64,000 nt of DNA from IMG/VR virus record IMGVR_UViG_3300028327_000658; one strand, 5' to 3'. Source of the DNA: an uncultured virus (IMG/VR IMGVR_UViG_3300028327_000658) (taxonomy: Duplodnaviria > Heunggongvirae > Uroviricota > Caudoviricetes). The position numbers were made by a program, and so were the translations under genes. The notes beneath the pieces are model-generated. The model saw only the letters and a list, made by a program, of their open reading frames with translations. It had not been told where the DNA came from and searched no databases. Shown here piece after piece: positions 1 to 8,706 of the stretch; the first letter of the stretch is position 1, and the number at the start of each line of letters is the position of its first letter.

Positions 1-2
1 TG

Positions 3-284
3 GACATACTTTTGTACGGCGCCGACGAGGTTATGGCGGTTGAAACCAAATCCCAATTGACGATACGTGACGTAAAAGACCACATGGAACGATTGGAAAA
101 ACTGCGCCGGCATGAAGACTTGGTCGGTGTTAAAGACAAAAAACTTGTCGGAGCGGTGGTCGGGGCGGTAGTGGACAAAGATGTAAAAAAATTCGCTTTG
201 GAGAAAGGCCTTTGCGTTGTAACGATACGTGAGGAAGAGGAGAAGTTAGACGTTGTGGAACCCGAAACGTGCCGTACCTGGTAA
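3..284 (+). CDS. 5'-truncated PD-(D/E)XK-like hypothetical protein (DUF3782-like)
   Basis: Frame is open from the window start: DILLYGADEVMAVETKS has a D..E.K pattern, followed by DVKDHMERLEKLR and KLVGAVVG. Confidence 0.5.
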   Translation, partial: DILLYGADEVMAVETKSQLTIRDVKDHMERLEKLRRHEDLVGVKDKKLVGAVVGAVVDKDVKKFALEKGLCVVTIREEEEKLDVVEPETCRTW

Positions 285-366
285 AAAACCGGCCGTACCT
301 GCGGGGCCTCCCGGCTCTGCGGGCTATGCGGCCGAACCCACATAAATCCCAAAAAAGGAACCGCAA

Positions 367-1308
367 ATGTACTCGAACGCCGCAAAACCGCTCAAAACCG
401 CCGCCGGAGCCGCTCTCTTGGCCATAACGATGATCTTAGGGCTCGGCTGCGGCGACGCTTCAAACCCCGGCTCCAAACCGGACCCCAAAAACAAAGACTG
501 GAGAGTCTCGAACTGGACAAAACCCGACACTTCAGGGTACGTCACGTTTAACAACGGCGGGATCAAAATCGAAATGGTGCTCGTTAAGGGCGGGACTTTC
601 ACTATGGGCTGCACTATGCCCGAAGAGGAACTGTGCGATTTCGACGAAGGCGGGTTCGTTACCCGGCGGCGGTGCGACGGAGGGATGCTGCAAAACCTTT
701 GCGCGGCGAACGAATATCCCGCGCATAAAGTTACCGTCAGCGATTTTTATATCGGTAAATTTGAAGTAACAAATGAATTATGGATAAAAGTGATGGATCG
801 TTATCCTGAATGGTATTATGATGATGGTTTACTTAAAAAGATTGATAATCTTATAAATCCTTTATATGCTGTACGTCATCTTGATTCGGCATCAATCCCC
901 TCTTTTTTGAACAAATTAAATAAACTGACTAATAAAAACTATCGTTTGCCCACGGAGGCCGAATGGGAGTTCGCCGCTCGCGGCGGTAATAACAGCAAAA
1001 ACCGTGCATTTGCGGGAAGCGATAACGTTGAACAAGTTAACGGGTATGGACCTATGGGAACCAGTTTACCCAATGAATTAGGAATCTACAGTATGACCGG
1101 TAATGTAGCGGAACTTGTTAGCGATTGGTATTCTCCCTACACTGCAAAATCACAAGCAAACCCGCAAGGCCCTCTTTCAGGAGAATACCGCATAACACGC
1201 GGAGGATATAGCAGCCGACAAGAAAGTTATTTGCGCGTTTCTTCGCGCGTGACTTTATTACCGAACGAAATTGATGATGGAATCAGACTTGTTTTAAATG
1301 CAAACTAA
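367..1308 (+). CDS. Formylglycine-generating enzyme (FGE-sulfatase/SUMF1) domain lipoprotein
   Basis: Lipobox LGLGC; motifs VKGGTFTMGC, IGKFEVTN, YRLPTEAEWEFAARGG, NELGIYSMTGNVAE, RITRGG. Confidence 0.9.
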   Translation: MYSNAAKPLKTAAGAALLAITMILGLGCGDASNPGSKPDPKNKDWRVSNWTKPDTSGYVTFNNGGIKIEMVLVKGGTFTMGCTMPEEELCDFDEGGFVTRRRCDGGMLQNLCAANEYPAHKVTVSDFYIGKFEVTNELWIKVMDRYPEWYYDDGLLKKIDNLINPLYAVRHLDSASIPSFLNKLNKLTNKNYRLPTEAEWEFAARGGNNSKNRAFAGSDNVEQVNGYGPMGTSLPNELGIYSMTGNVAELVSDWYSPYTAKSQANPQGPLSGEYRITRGGYSSRQESYLRVSSRVTLLPNEIDDGIRLVLNAN

Positions 1309-1987
1309 TCTATATAATGGTGGATCGGAGATAAGTAATATGGACATTAGAGAACAACTTGAAGCCGTCGGCCTCCCGACGCTGATAGGGACAGAACAAC
1401 AAGTGAAAATGGCTAACAATATCCGTAATGGATTCATCGCGGCTTTCGTGACACATAATTTAGATTGGCAAACTATCGTAGAAACAGCAAAAACCGACAA
1501 AAAAGTAAACATGGAATGTGAAAAGCTAATGAAAACCTCCGCTAAATGGTGGATTGCTTTTCGCAATGAGAAAATCTTTGGACTATGTGCTGAAAAAAAA
1601 CCGTCCAAACACAAAAATGATGAAACGGATTTGATTTGTCCCAAATGCGGCGGAACCATCGTTGTCTACAATAAAGGCTTTAGATGTACTAATGATTACA
1701 AGGTTTGCGGTTTTAAAATATGGCGTGAATCTTATGGCGTAACCATTACCCAAGATATTGCCCGCGAACTTATTACAGAACGTAAAACATCAAACCCAAT
1801 ATCTGGCGTGTTGGTGGGCGATCAACACATGTCTGCGCGATTGGAACTGACCGATGATTTCAAGGTTCGCCCGCTTCTCGTGCCTAATTGCTCCAGCACA
1901 AATTGTCCACGATGTGGCAGTAATAAAATGATGAATATGCCGTACGGCGGCCTTATTTGTACGGTATGCAGATTTCACGGGTATTGA
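1298..1987 (+). CDS. Zinc-ribbon protein with a topoisomerase C-terminal-repeat-like domain
   Basis: CPKCGG...FRC...CGFKIW...IT.DIARELIT resembles the C-terminal repeats of the TopB in this window; extra C-terminal CPRC..CTVC. The real start may be 1338. Confidence 0.6.
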   Translation: MQTNLYNGGSEISNMDIREQLEAVGLPTLIGTEQQVKMANNIRNGFIAAFVTHNLDWQTIVETAKTDKKVNMECEKLMKTSAKWWIAFRNEKIFGLCAEKKPSKHKNDETDLICPKCGGTIVVYNKGFRCTNDYKVCGFKIWRESYGVTITQDIARELITERKTSNPISGVLVGDQHMSARLELTDDFKVRPLLVPNCSSTNCPRCGSNKMMNMPYGGLICTVCRFHGY

Positions 1988-2011
1988 GGACTTCACTTGC
2001 TCTAAGCGCAA

Positions 2012-2035
2012 ACTGAGGGGCACTAACCCCTCAGT
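2012..2035. terminator. Hairpin between convergent genes
   Basis: ACTGAGGGG-CACTAA-CCCCTCAGT, a perfect 9-bp stem. Confidence 0.6.
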
Positions 2036-2052
2036 CCTATACGCCCAAAATT

Positions 2053-2292
2053 TCACCACGATGTGTCTAAAAGGTTTTTAATGTCTTTTTCTGAAAAGCC
2101 TAATGCTTTAGCAATAGCCTCAACACTGAAGTCTTCTTTGGACATATGCCTAACGATTTCTCGCCGTTCCTCTAACTTTGCATTGGCCAGCGCAGACGCT
2201 TCGTTGTGCTTCGCACGTTCTCTTTGGCGCACCATCTCCCGAAATTCGGGCGACGCAGCCACATTGTGATACGCTTCTACTAACTGTTCCAT
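2053..2292 (-). CDS. Stand-alone RpnS-like small protein (second copy of the Rpn C-terminal module)
   Basis: The first 38 aa are identical to the Rpn internal segment starting MEQLVEAY, with 9 nucleotide differences, all synonymous. The C-terminal HTH-like half differs. Confidence 0.8.
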   Translation of the reverse strand: MEQLVEAYHNVAASPEFREMVRQRERAKHNEASALANAKLEERREIVRHMSKEDFSVEAIAKALGFSEKDIKNLLDTSW

Positions 2293-2295
2293 AGC

Positions 2296-2532
2296 TCACG
2301 CCTTTAAGACTTCATCTACTGAAAGATCGGTTAGTTCGATGATCTCGTCCACACTCATGCCTTTGGCTTTAAGGCGACGCGCAAGCTTTATACGCTCCTC
2401 TAACTTTGCTTCTTGCGCCGCATTAGCGAGTGCCGACGCTTCGTTGTGCTTCGCACGTTCTCTTTGACGTACCATCTCCCTGAATTCGGGCGACGCAGCC
2501 ACATTGTGATATGCTTCTACTAACTGTTCCAT
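2296..2532 (-). CDS. Putative internally initiated RpnS antitoxin (78 aa, in frame with rpn)
   Basis: AGGAGG (2540-2545) lies 7 nt upstream of in-frame ATG 2532, the same Met that starts the downstream stand-alone copy. Confidence 0.65.
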   Translation of the reverse strand: MEQLVEAYHNVAASPEFREMVRQRERAKHNEASALANAAQEAKLEERIKLARRLKAKGMSVDEIIELTDLSVDEVLKA

Positions 2533-3123
2533 AGGCTCTCCTCCTATAGTTTTGATTTTTGACAGCTGTTCTTCGGTTTTCGCGTTAATCGCGGCAAGCC
2601 ACAATTCTACTTCGTCGTTTACGTCAAGATTCTCGATTTTCGGCAGTTTAGGCAACTCGAAGTAGTGCAGCGACATCTTATCCGTAAGCAAAGTATGGCG
2701 ATTGACTTCCATCGGTCGAAATTCTGAGTGTAAGTCATTGACATCCTTGAAGAGTTTGAACCCTATAATGTTTATAAGAATCGTACGCGGCAAAGCGGCG
2801 TATTCTTGAGCGACGTGTAGCGCGTTCGAGTATGCACGTGCCCAATAGTAAAGCGACCGTTCCGGGTAATCATGCTCATCCTTGACCTGCACCTCCAAAT
2901 TGACCCGTTCGCCGTTCACCTCCATGTTAATGTCGAGGCGGCAGAACTTGTCATCCACGTCATCGCACGGAGGCATCTCCGGATTGGTTATCTTAAATTC
3001 GGCTATTCCGTCGATTGGGATACCCAGTATCTTCGCGACTAACCTCTTCAATAACTCCGGGTACTTCACGAACAGCATCTTGAACAAGGTGTCATTTGTG
3101 AGGTTGTATAGTAATTCGGCCAT
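2296..3123 (-). CDS. rpn: Rpn family PD-(D/E)XK nuclease (recombination-promoting nuclease/putative transposase)
   Basis: NDTLFKMLF, RLDI..VNGERVNLEVQ, ERSLYYWARAY, HYFELPK and the typical tail AKGMSVDEIIELTDLS. ATG 3123 has SD AAGGAG. Confidence 0.9.
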   Translation of the reverse strand: MAELLYNLTNDTLFKMLFVKYPELLKRLVAKILGIPIDGIAEFKITNPEMPPCDDVDDKFCRLDINMEVNGERVNLEVQVKDEHDYPERSLYYWARAYSNALHVAQEYAALPRTILINIIGFKLFKDVNDLHSEFRPMEVNRHTLLTDKMSLHYFELPKLPKIENLDVNDEVELWLAAINAKTEEQLSKIKTIGGEPMEQLVEAYHNVAASPEFREMVRQRERAKHNEASALANAAQEAKLEERIKLARRLKAKGMSVDEIIELTDLSVDEVLKA

Positions 3124-3146
3124 AAAAGTCTCCTTTATATGCTTAT

Positions 3147-3176
3147 AATATACATTACGGCACGTTCCCCGGTCAA
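3147..3176 (-). promoter_or_regulatory. Sigma70-like promoter of rpn
   Basis: TTGACC-18-TATATT. Confidence 0.55.
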
Positions 3177-3185
3177 CTTTTATTT

Positions 3186-3434
3186 TCACCTATTGTTCAC
3201 TGATTCCATAGGCACGTCGTACCCCGATAACCACGCGGGGCTTACACGCAGCGCAACGGCCATAACGTAAACGGCGGAATGCCCGACCTCATAACCCCTG
3301 CCGGCATACTGCTCGATACGATGCTCGCCTATCCCCGTTTGACGCGACAGCTCCGCCTTTCCGACCCCTCTTATATCCATAGCCCGGCGAAGCCGCTCGT
3401 CAAACGCCTCGATTCTACCCTTAAATTCACTCAC
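3186..3434 (-). CDS. XRE-family helix-turn-helix regulator
   Basis: ERLRRAMDIRGVGKAELSRQTGI...IEQY...MAVALRVSPAWLSGYDVPME; GTG start with SD AGGAG. Confidence 0.85.
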   Translation of the reverse strand: MSEFKGRIEAFDERLRRAMDIRGVGKAELSRQTGIGEHRIEQYAGRGYEVGHSAVYVMAVALRVSPAWLSGYDVPMESVNNR

Positions 3435-3519
3435 GTTTCAATCTCCTCTCCGTTAAAACGCTCAAAAACGCTCATTACAGCACGTTCGGCCTCAAGGTGG
3501 AGGGGGAAGTCGGGCAAGG

Positions 3520-3665
3520 CCGCCAAAACGTCACAGCGGCCACGCCAGCCCGCAAATTTCAGTCCACGCGCCCGCGAAGGGCACGACCTAAACCGCCAAA
3601 ACGTCACAGCGGCCCCGCCAGCCCGCAAGTTTCAATCCACGCGCCCATGAAGGGCACGACCTAAA
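3520..3665 (-). CRISPR. Orphan type I-C CRISPR-repeat-like tandem (2 repeats: 3629-3660 and 3556-3587); no cas genes in the window
   Basis: Minus strand GTCGTGCCCTTCATGGGCGCGTGGATTGAAAC and GTCGTGCCCTTCGCGGGCGCGTGGACTGAAAT: 32 nt, 7-bp hairpin, GGAYTGAAAY end. They are separated by 41 nt and form a 73-bp unit duplicated with 5 differences. Confidence 0.8.
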
Positions 3666-3679
3666 TGGGCAAAATCGCC

Positions 3680-4120
3680 CTAAAACGGCATCTCCTCCCC
3701 CCCAGAAGTATCCACCGGCAAAGCCGCCAAATCCTCGTCCGACAGCCCGGCGACATTTGGATCAGCCGGCGCGGTCCCCGCAACGTTCTTACCCGGCAGT
3801 ATCTGGAACCGGTCTACTTCGATGTCCGTCCGGTAATGCCGCTTTCCTCCCTCATCATCCCAAAAATGATACCGAATCTTGCCTTCCACCAAACAGCAAT
3901 CCCCTTTGTGTAAATATTCGTTGGCGATCTCTGCCGGTTTCCCCCATGCCACAATATGGTGCCAATCCGTCCTGCTGCCGTCTTGTTTGCCGTTCTTACC
4001 CTTCCACCGCTCCGTAGTAGCCAGCGAAAACTTCGTTACCATCCGGCCCTGCGGCGTAGTCCGGCTTTCAGGGTTTTCGCCTAAGTACCCGACAAGCGTA
4101 ACCCGATTCATGCAAGCCAT
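3680..4120 (-). CDS. ssb: Single-stranded DNA-binding protein
   Basis: MNRVTLVGYLG..PE.R, FSLATTERW, TDWHHIVAWGK.AE..YLHKG..VEGKIR and acidic tail EEMPF. Confidence 0.97.
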   Translation of the reverse strand: MACMNRVTLVGYLGENPESRTTPQGRMVTKFSLATTERWKGKNGKQDGSRTDWHHIVAWGKPAEIANEYLHKGDCCLVEGKIRYHFWDDEGGKRHYRTDIEVDRFQILPGKNVAGTAPADPNVAGLSDEDLAALPVDTSGGEEMPF

Positions 4121-4176
4121 ACAACGACCTCCTTTTCAAAGAATGTGTTTCCTCGCCGTGTTTAGGGCGAGCGAAT

Positions 4177-5346
4177 TTATAATGGATCCAACTTAATCCC
4201 GCCTTTCAACACCTCAAATTGAGCCGCCCTCACATTTGTAATCTTATGCGCTTCCGTGCCCAGCATCGCGCTCAACAGTTTCGCTTCCAGTATGGCGTGG
4301 AGCATCTTCTTGTTGTTCGCGTTCACATTCATAATCGAATACCACGCCGCCGCAAGCTCAACGCCGTTGATGCCGCCGTCCTCGATAAACTCCATTATCT
4401 TTTCATCGACATCGCCGAGACGCTCCAATTCGGCTTGCGCCCACTGCCTATACGCGAGACTGCCGGCCATCGCCTGGCTTATAACTATTTTATTCGACTC
4501 AACCGGCAGCGCATACTTCCGAAACCGGTCTTGCGGCAGCTTAATCTCTTGGCTTGTATCCGCAATGCCTAACGTCGGCTTTCTATCCTTTACATTGACA
4601 TATCCGCTGGAAAATTTAACGCCCTTGGATAACCATTTAATCCCGTTAGAATCAGAAATCAAATTATCGACATACTTCAAGACATTCCCCGAACTTATAT
4701 CTATGCCGCCGTCAGGAACTTTGACTGTCGATGACAACATCCCCCCGCCGATTGTATATGTATAGGTTTTATTTACCGTCGTCATCGTATCCCAAGTCTT
4801 TTCTAACCGCGCAATCTTACTGTCTAACGTTTTCGGCATCCGCTTTGCAGCTTCGATTTCTTCGTTGAAATCAACTATTTTTTGCAGTTGCGGCAGCAAA
4901 CCGTGATTCTCTGTAAACAACGACCCCGCATGATCAAACAACTGCGCATACGCTTTACCCATCTTTTCTATATAATCTTTAACATCGTTATATTTTTTGA
5001 CAAGGCTGCCCCACAGCTTTATTTCATCATAAACCAGGCGAACATACGTCCGCACCTTAAAGTAATCCGATACGATCCCCGCCGCGATACCCCAAGCGCG
5101 GCTGTCTTTTACCGGGTCGAATATCTTGTTGCTCATACTGAACCGCTTTCCGGTTGCTTGAATATTCGTGATAGCGTCCACGCATCCGGCGGCATCCCCC
5201 TGGAAAAGCAGTTCCGAGGCCGCCATGTATTCTCTCACTGTCTTCATAGTGGTCATGGCCTCATGGGTCTGTCCCGCAACTGCGGTAACCCCGCCGATTA
5301 CACATAAACAAATAATCGTGCTTATAATCCGCGTTTTCTTTTTCAT
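4177..5346 (-). CDS. Secreted helical protein, possible VirB5/TrbJ-like T4SS component
   Basis: Signal peptide, long amphipathic helices, located in the transfer gene run. Confidence 0.4.
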   Translation of the reverse strand: MKKKTRIISTIICLCVIGGVTAVAGQTHEAMTTMKTVREYMAASELLFQGDAAGCVDAITNIQATGKRFSMSNKIFDPVKDSRAWGIAAGIVSDYFKVRTYVRLVYDEIKLWGSLVKKYNDVKDYIEKMGKAYAQLFDHAGSLFTENHGLLPQLQKIVDFNEEIEAAKRMPKTLDSKIARLEKTWDTMTTVNKTYTYTIGGGMLSSTVKVPDGGIDISSGNVLKYVDNLISDSNGIKWLSKGVKFSSGYVNVKDRKPTLGIADTSQEIKLPQDRFRKYALPVESNKIVISQAMAGSLAYRQWAQAELERLGDVDEKIMEFIEDGGINGVELAAAWYSIMNVNANNKKMLHAILEAKLLSAMLGTEAHKITNVRAAQFEVLKGGIKLDPL

Positions 5347-5351
5347 GGCTC

Positions 5352-7298
5352 TTACCTCATTTTCTTTCTTGCTTCTGTTCTTAATTTTCTACGAGCGTCT
5401 TCGATTGCGACAGAATCTTTTACTTCGTTAAAAACGCTCCGAACGAAATTACGCAGATCTAAGTCATAAGAACACGTATACAAAAAATTATTGCACCCTT
5501 TTTGGGCATTCCGGGCTGTATCTCGAAAATTCACCTCCCACGTCTGCGGACAAAACGAAACCGCGTCGTTGATTTTCTGTGTCCATGTTTGCGGGAACTC
5601 CTTTCTGATTCTTGCGTTAAATTTAGCCTTATCCAAAAGCGCCGTACCTATCTGCACCGCCCTGCGCTTTAACAAAAAAACATCGCTCTTATCCGTGATA
5701 TGCTTATCTTTCCACGCCGCCCACAAAACATATAACGCATTGGACATGCTCATTTCATCGCAAAGCGGCGGTGTCCGATACAAAAACGACCGCAAATCGC
5801 TTGCCGTATACCCGTTCAGACTGTCTATCTGCAAACAAGGGCACCCATTGTAAACGTAACGGTTTTCGACATAGTTAGAATCAACGTCCGTTAAATCCAC
5901 AAGCGTCCCGCCGTTTATGTGGTCTGTCGGTTCATAGTAGTTTCCATCCCCCTTTTTTACTTTCCAATATTCATCCCTCACTTCCGGGAAGCGATACTTA
6001 TTCCCGATAGTTATATCCTTTGACTTCCAATCGGGGCATTCGCTGTACATTCTAACGATCTTGGCATCATCATCGTCAGATTCGGCGTACAACCGCAAAA
6101 CCCCTAAACCAACCTCATAGGACGATGTATTATTAAGCTTTACTATCCTGTCAGGCAACCGGTTAATGTAAAACCCCTCAAAACCCTTGTCCCTATACGA
6201 CGGGTCATCCTTAACCATACTCGTTTTAAGATGCTTTGAAGATACCGGCGATATCCCGTCCCAGAAAAACTGTGCTGAAACAACCGTTGACGCGCTGTCC
6301 GAGTAATACGGGCTGCGATACCAAATCCACTGCGCCATATAAGACGTATCCGGGTAGTACGGGTAAAAAATAGCCCCCGTATCACCGATATTGTTTATGC
6401 GCCTGATAGATTCAATACGGCGATCTCTCGCCACGAACATATTCATTACTAATGAATCGTTAAGCATCGGCTGACCGGACCGAGGCTGTTGTCTCGGATA
6501 CCATTTGGTGAGTGGGAACAGATGTATTTGATAAAATTTAAAGTCCGGGACAGCTGGTTTTGGTGCCTTTGACTGATATTCGTAACACCTCTCTTTATCA
6601 CAATAATCAATAAACTCTTTTTCTGCTTCATTTACATTCATTGAATTATAATAACGAACGCGCCTGTACTTAGCTGATATAGTTGTATCATTTAACTTTC
6701 CTGTATAAATATATTCGGCAGCTTTCTTATCTAACGGATTATCTCTTTCATAGTTAATAATCTCGACACAAATAGGTTTACTTTTATAATACGTCCCTTT
6801 ATACGATGGTGTCCATCTAACAAATTTCCCCGAAGTATCCGCCACGTCACGAACTCCCCAATACCCCGACGAGGCTGAATTTTTATTAAAATATTCATCG
6901 CACGACCACACCGTATCAGGAACGTTACGCCGCGATATAGACAAAACCGAATCTTTCGCTTCCCTATACGGTTTTTTCAAGTTATTTTCCATCCGTGAAA
7001 ACTGGTAATTAACTTCATTCAATAAATGCGCCGTGCTCTTAAAATTCAATCCCGTCAAATTCGCCCACTTCATGCTTATATCACCGTTATCATCATTCGG
7101 GAACGTAACCATAACCACGTGCGTAGGGACAGCCCCCGTAAACGACGGATAGACCCGATGATTATACCCTTTGCCGATAAGCCACGTTTGATTCCTCAAC
7201 GGAAATTTGCTCATTGATAATGTATCGCGGTCTTCCGACATTGCACTATTCGACAACGCAACGAGCAATATCATTATTTTTATAGCTGTTTTCATCAA
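5352..7298 (-). CDS. Secreted hypothetical protein (648 aa, Tyr/Cys-rich)
   Basis: Long ORF with signal peptide in the transfer gene run; no recognisable family. Confidence 0.6.
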   Translation of the reverse strand: MMKTAIKIMILLVALSNSAMSEDRDTLSMSKFPLRNQTWLIGKGYNHRVYPSFTGAVPTHVVMVTFPNDDNGDISMKWANLTGLNFKSTAHLLNEVNYQFSRMENNLKKPYREAKDSVLSISRRNVPDTVWSCDEYFNKNSASSGYWGVRDVADTSGKFVRWTPSYKGTYYKSKPICVEIINYERDNPLDKKAAEYIYTGKLNDTTISAKYRRVRYYNSMNVNEAEKEFIDYCDKERCYEYQSKAPKPAVPDFKFYQIHLFPLTKWYPRQQPRSGQPMLNDSLVMNMFVARDRRIESIRRINNIGDTGAIFYPYYPDTSYMAQWIWYRSPYYSDSASTVVSAQFFWDGISPVSSKHLKTSMVKDDPSYRDKGFEGFYINRLPDRIVKLNNTSSYEVGLGVLRLYAESDDDDAKIVRMYSECPDWKSKDITIGNKYRFPEVRDEYWKVKKGDGNYYEPTDHINGGTLVDLTDVDSNYVENRYVYNGCPCLQIDSLNGYTASDLRSFLYRTPPLCDEMSMSNALYVLWAAWKDKHITDKSDVFLLKRRAVQIGTALLDKAKFNARIRKEFPQTWTQKINDAVSFCPQTWEVNFRDTARNAQKGCNNFLYTCSYDLDLRNFVRSVFNEVKDSVAIEDARRKLRTEARKKMR

Positions 7299-7306
7299 CC
7301 GGCCCC

Positions 7307-7729
7307 TTAAAACATGTAATTTAGACCGCCGCCAATACCGTAATTGCTTACAGTGAAAGAAAACGCGCCGGCTTGTATTGATAACGCAATGTAATAATCT
7401 ACCCTGAAATCGCCATACGAATGCAAATAATACAGCGTCCCGGCTGAAACACCGGGACGCAAAATCGGCATAAGATAGTAAAAATAGCCGCCATAAAATC
7501 CGTACGCGGTTTCAATCCCCGCACCCGCATGGGGCGCGACAAACACAAGAACCCCGCTCTCATAATACTCAAATTTACGCTTATCGGGTCGCAACATATA
7601 CCCGGCAGTCGCAAGATAGGCATCCTCCTCCGTACTCCACGCTTTTTGGCCTCCCACCGCGATTCCGGCTGCACAAGCAACCCCGTGTAAACAAATAACA
7701 AAAAACACAAAAACAAGATATTTTCGCAT
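7307..7729 (-). CDS. Small outer-membrane beta-barrel-like protein (TraO-like position)
   Basis: Start MRKYLVFVFFVICLHGVACA is a signal peptide; alternating aromatic/Gly strands; C-terminal GGGLNYMF beta-signal. Confidence 0.55.
   Translation of the reverse strand: MRKYLVFVFFVICLHGVACAAGIAVGGQKAWSTEEDAYLATAGYMLRPDKRKFEYYESGVLVFVAPHAGAGIETAYGFYGGYFYYLMPILRPGVSAGTLYYLHSYGDFRVDYYIALSIQAGAFSFTVSNYGIGGGLNYMF
7509..7540 (-). repeat. Solitary type I-C CRISPR-repeat-like element inside a CDS
   Basis: GTCGCGCCCCATGCGGGTGCGGGGATTGAAAC (32 nt, stem CGCGCCC/GGGTGCG), translated in frame as VAPHAGAGIET. Confidence 0.8.
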
Positions 7730-7731
7730 AT

Positions 7732-8706
7732 TTACTGCTCTCCGTCCGTCATTTGGCGGCTCAACCGCTGTAAATCCTTCAGGGTCTGCATTTGCACGAT
7801 CCGCTGCTGTTCCTGCTGCACATCTACAAACGTCAGCAATTCCCGCGAATATAGCCCGTTCGGAAAACATGACAGATACTTCGACGCGGACGTTAAATCT
7901 TGATTCTTGCGGAAATCCGCATAGAGCAACTTCTGGTAAACCGAATCCACCATTTTATCCTTTTCAGGGTACACGACATAATATTGCTCTATTTTGTCGA
8001 TACTCGGCCAACGTTTCAGCGAGGAACGCCACTTGGCCTTGTGATTCGCTATCAAATCCCCGATTTCCTGAGTATATAACCCGGGATAATCTACCTTGAA
8101 CTGAAATAAATCCCCGATATTGCTCGAAGCCATTACGCCGACAAAAACATCACGGAAAGAAACTTCTACGATGTGCCGCAAAGAATCCAATACCGCGACA
8201 GACACATAGCGTAAGCCGGTCAAATCCTTTAATTTATCGAAACTGCCGTCAAAATATCTTAATACGCTTTGTTGATACAGTGTTTTATGCTTCCCTATTC
8301 CGGCCGTATCGCTCCCCCGCCCCGCTAAATAATCAAAATATTCGTCATACCTTTGAAGCAACTGATAATAATCGCCGCTTTTTAACACTTTTTCTAAATT
8401 TAATTCAAAACTGTCCGCAACTACCCGTAACGCGACATCATCGACAATATCTTTGATGCTGTCGTATAACGGACGCAATCCGCGACTTGACGGATCAAGC
8501 AAAATACTCTCATATTTCTCCACAATCCCCCGCCCGAAACGGATAACCCCGGCATAATTGCCGTCATTGTTCGCGATTTTTACGGCTTCGGCATCGCGAA
8601 CGAACTCTCGCCGCTCGGCCTTAGTCAGCGGTTTATAGTAGTTTTGCGCAAAACAAAACGCCGCAAATAACGTCAACGCAAAGCAACCATTAATCAAAAT
8701 CTTCAT
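7732..8706 (-). CDS. Secreted alpha-helical hypothetical protein
   Basis: Signal peptide; repeated Y...YP/FP motifs reminiscent of helical-repeat periplasmic proteins. Confidence 0.6.
   Translation of the reverse strand: MKILINGCFALTLFAAFCFAQNYYKPLTKAERREFVRDAEAVKIANNDGNYAGVIRFGRGIVEKYESILLDPSSRGLRPLYDSIKDIVDDVALRVVADSFELNLEKVLKSGDYYQLLQRYDEYFDYLAGRGSDTAGIGKHKTLYQQSVLRYFDGSFDKLKDLTGLRYVSVAVLDSLRHIVEVSFRDVFVGVMASSNIGDLFQFKVDYPGLYTQEIGDLIANHKAKWRSSLKRWPSIDKIEQYYVVYPEKDKMVDSVYQKLLYADFRKNQDLTSASKYLSCFPNGLYSRELLTFVDVQQEQQRIVQMQTLKDLQRLSRQMTDGEQ

Noticed and set aside
367..1308. FGE-domain gene as a diversity-generating retroelement target
   Set aside because: No reverse transcriptase and no template-repeat copy of its 3' end seen in the window.
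1..2050. Chromosomal junction of an integrated element
   Set aside because: No integrase, tRNA or att-like repeat visible; cargo versus host flank cannot be decided.
2296..3123. Rpn as an IS transposase
   Set aside because: No terminal inverted repeats or target-site duplication seen; the 240-bp-period repeat is coding.
3435..3466. Third repeat of the 3.6-kb CRISPR-like pair
   Set aside because: Only GATTGAAAC matches, there is no hairpin, and the spacing (~89 nt) is too long; it overlaps the SD of the XRE gene.
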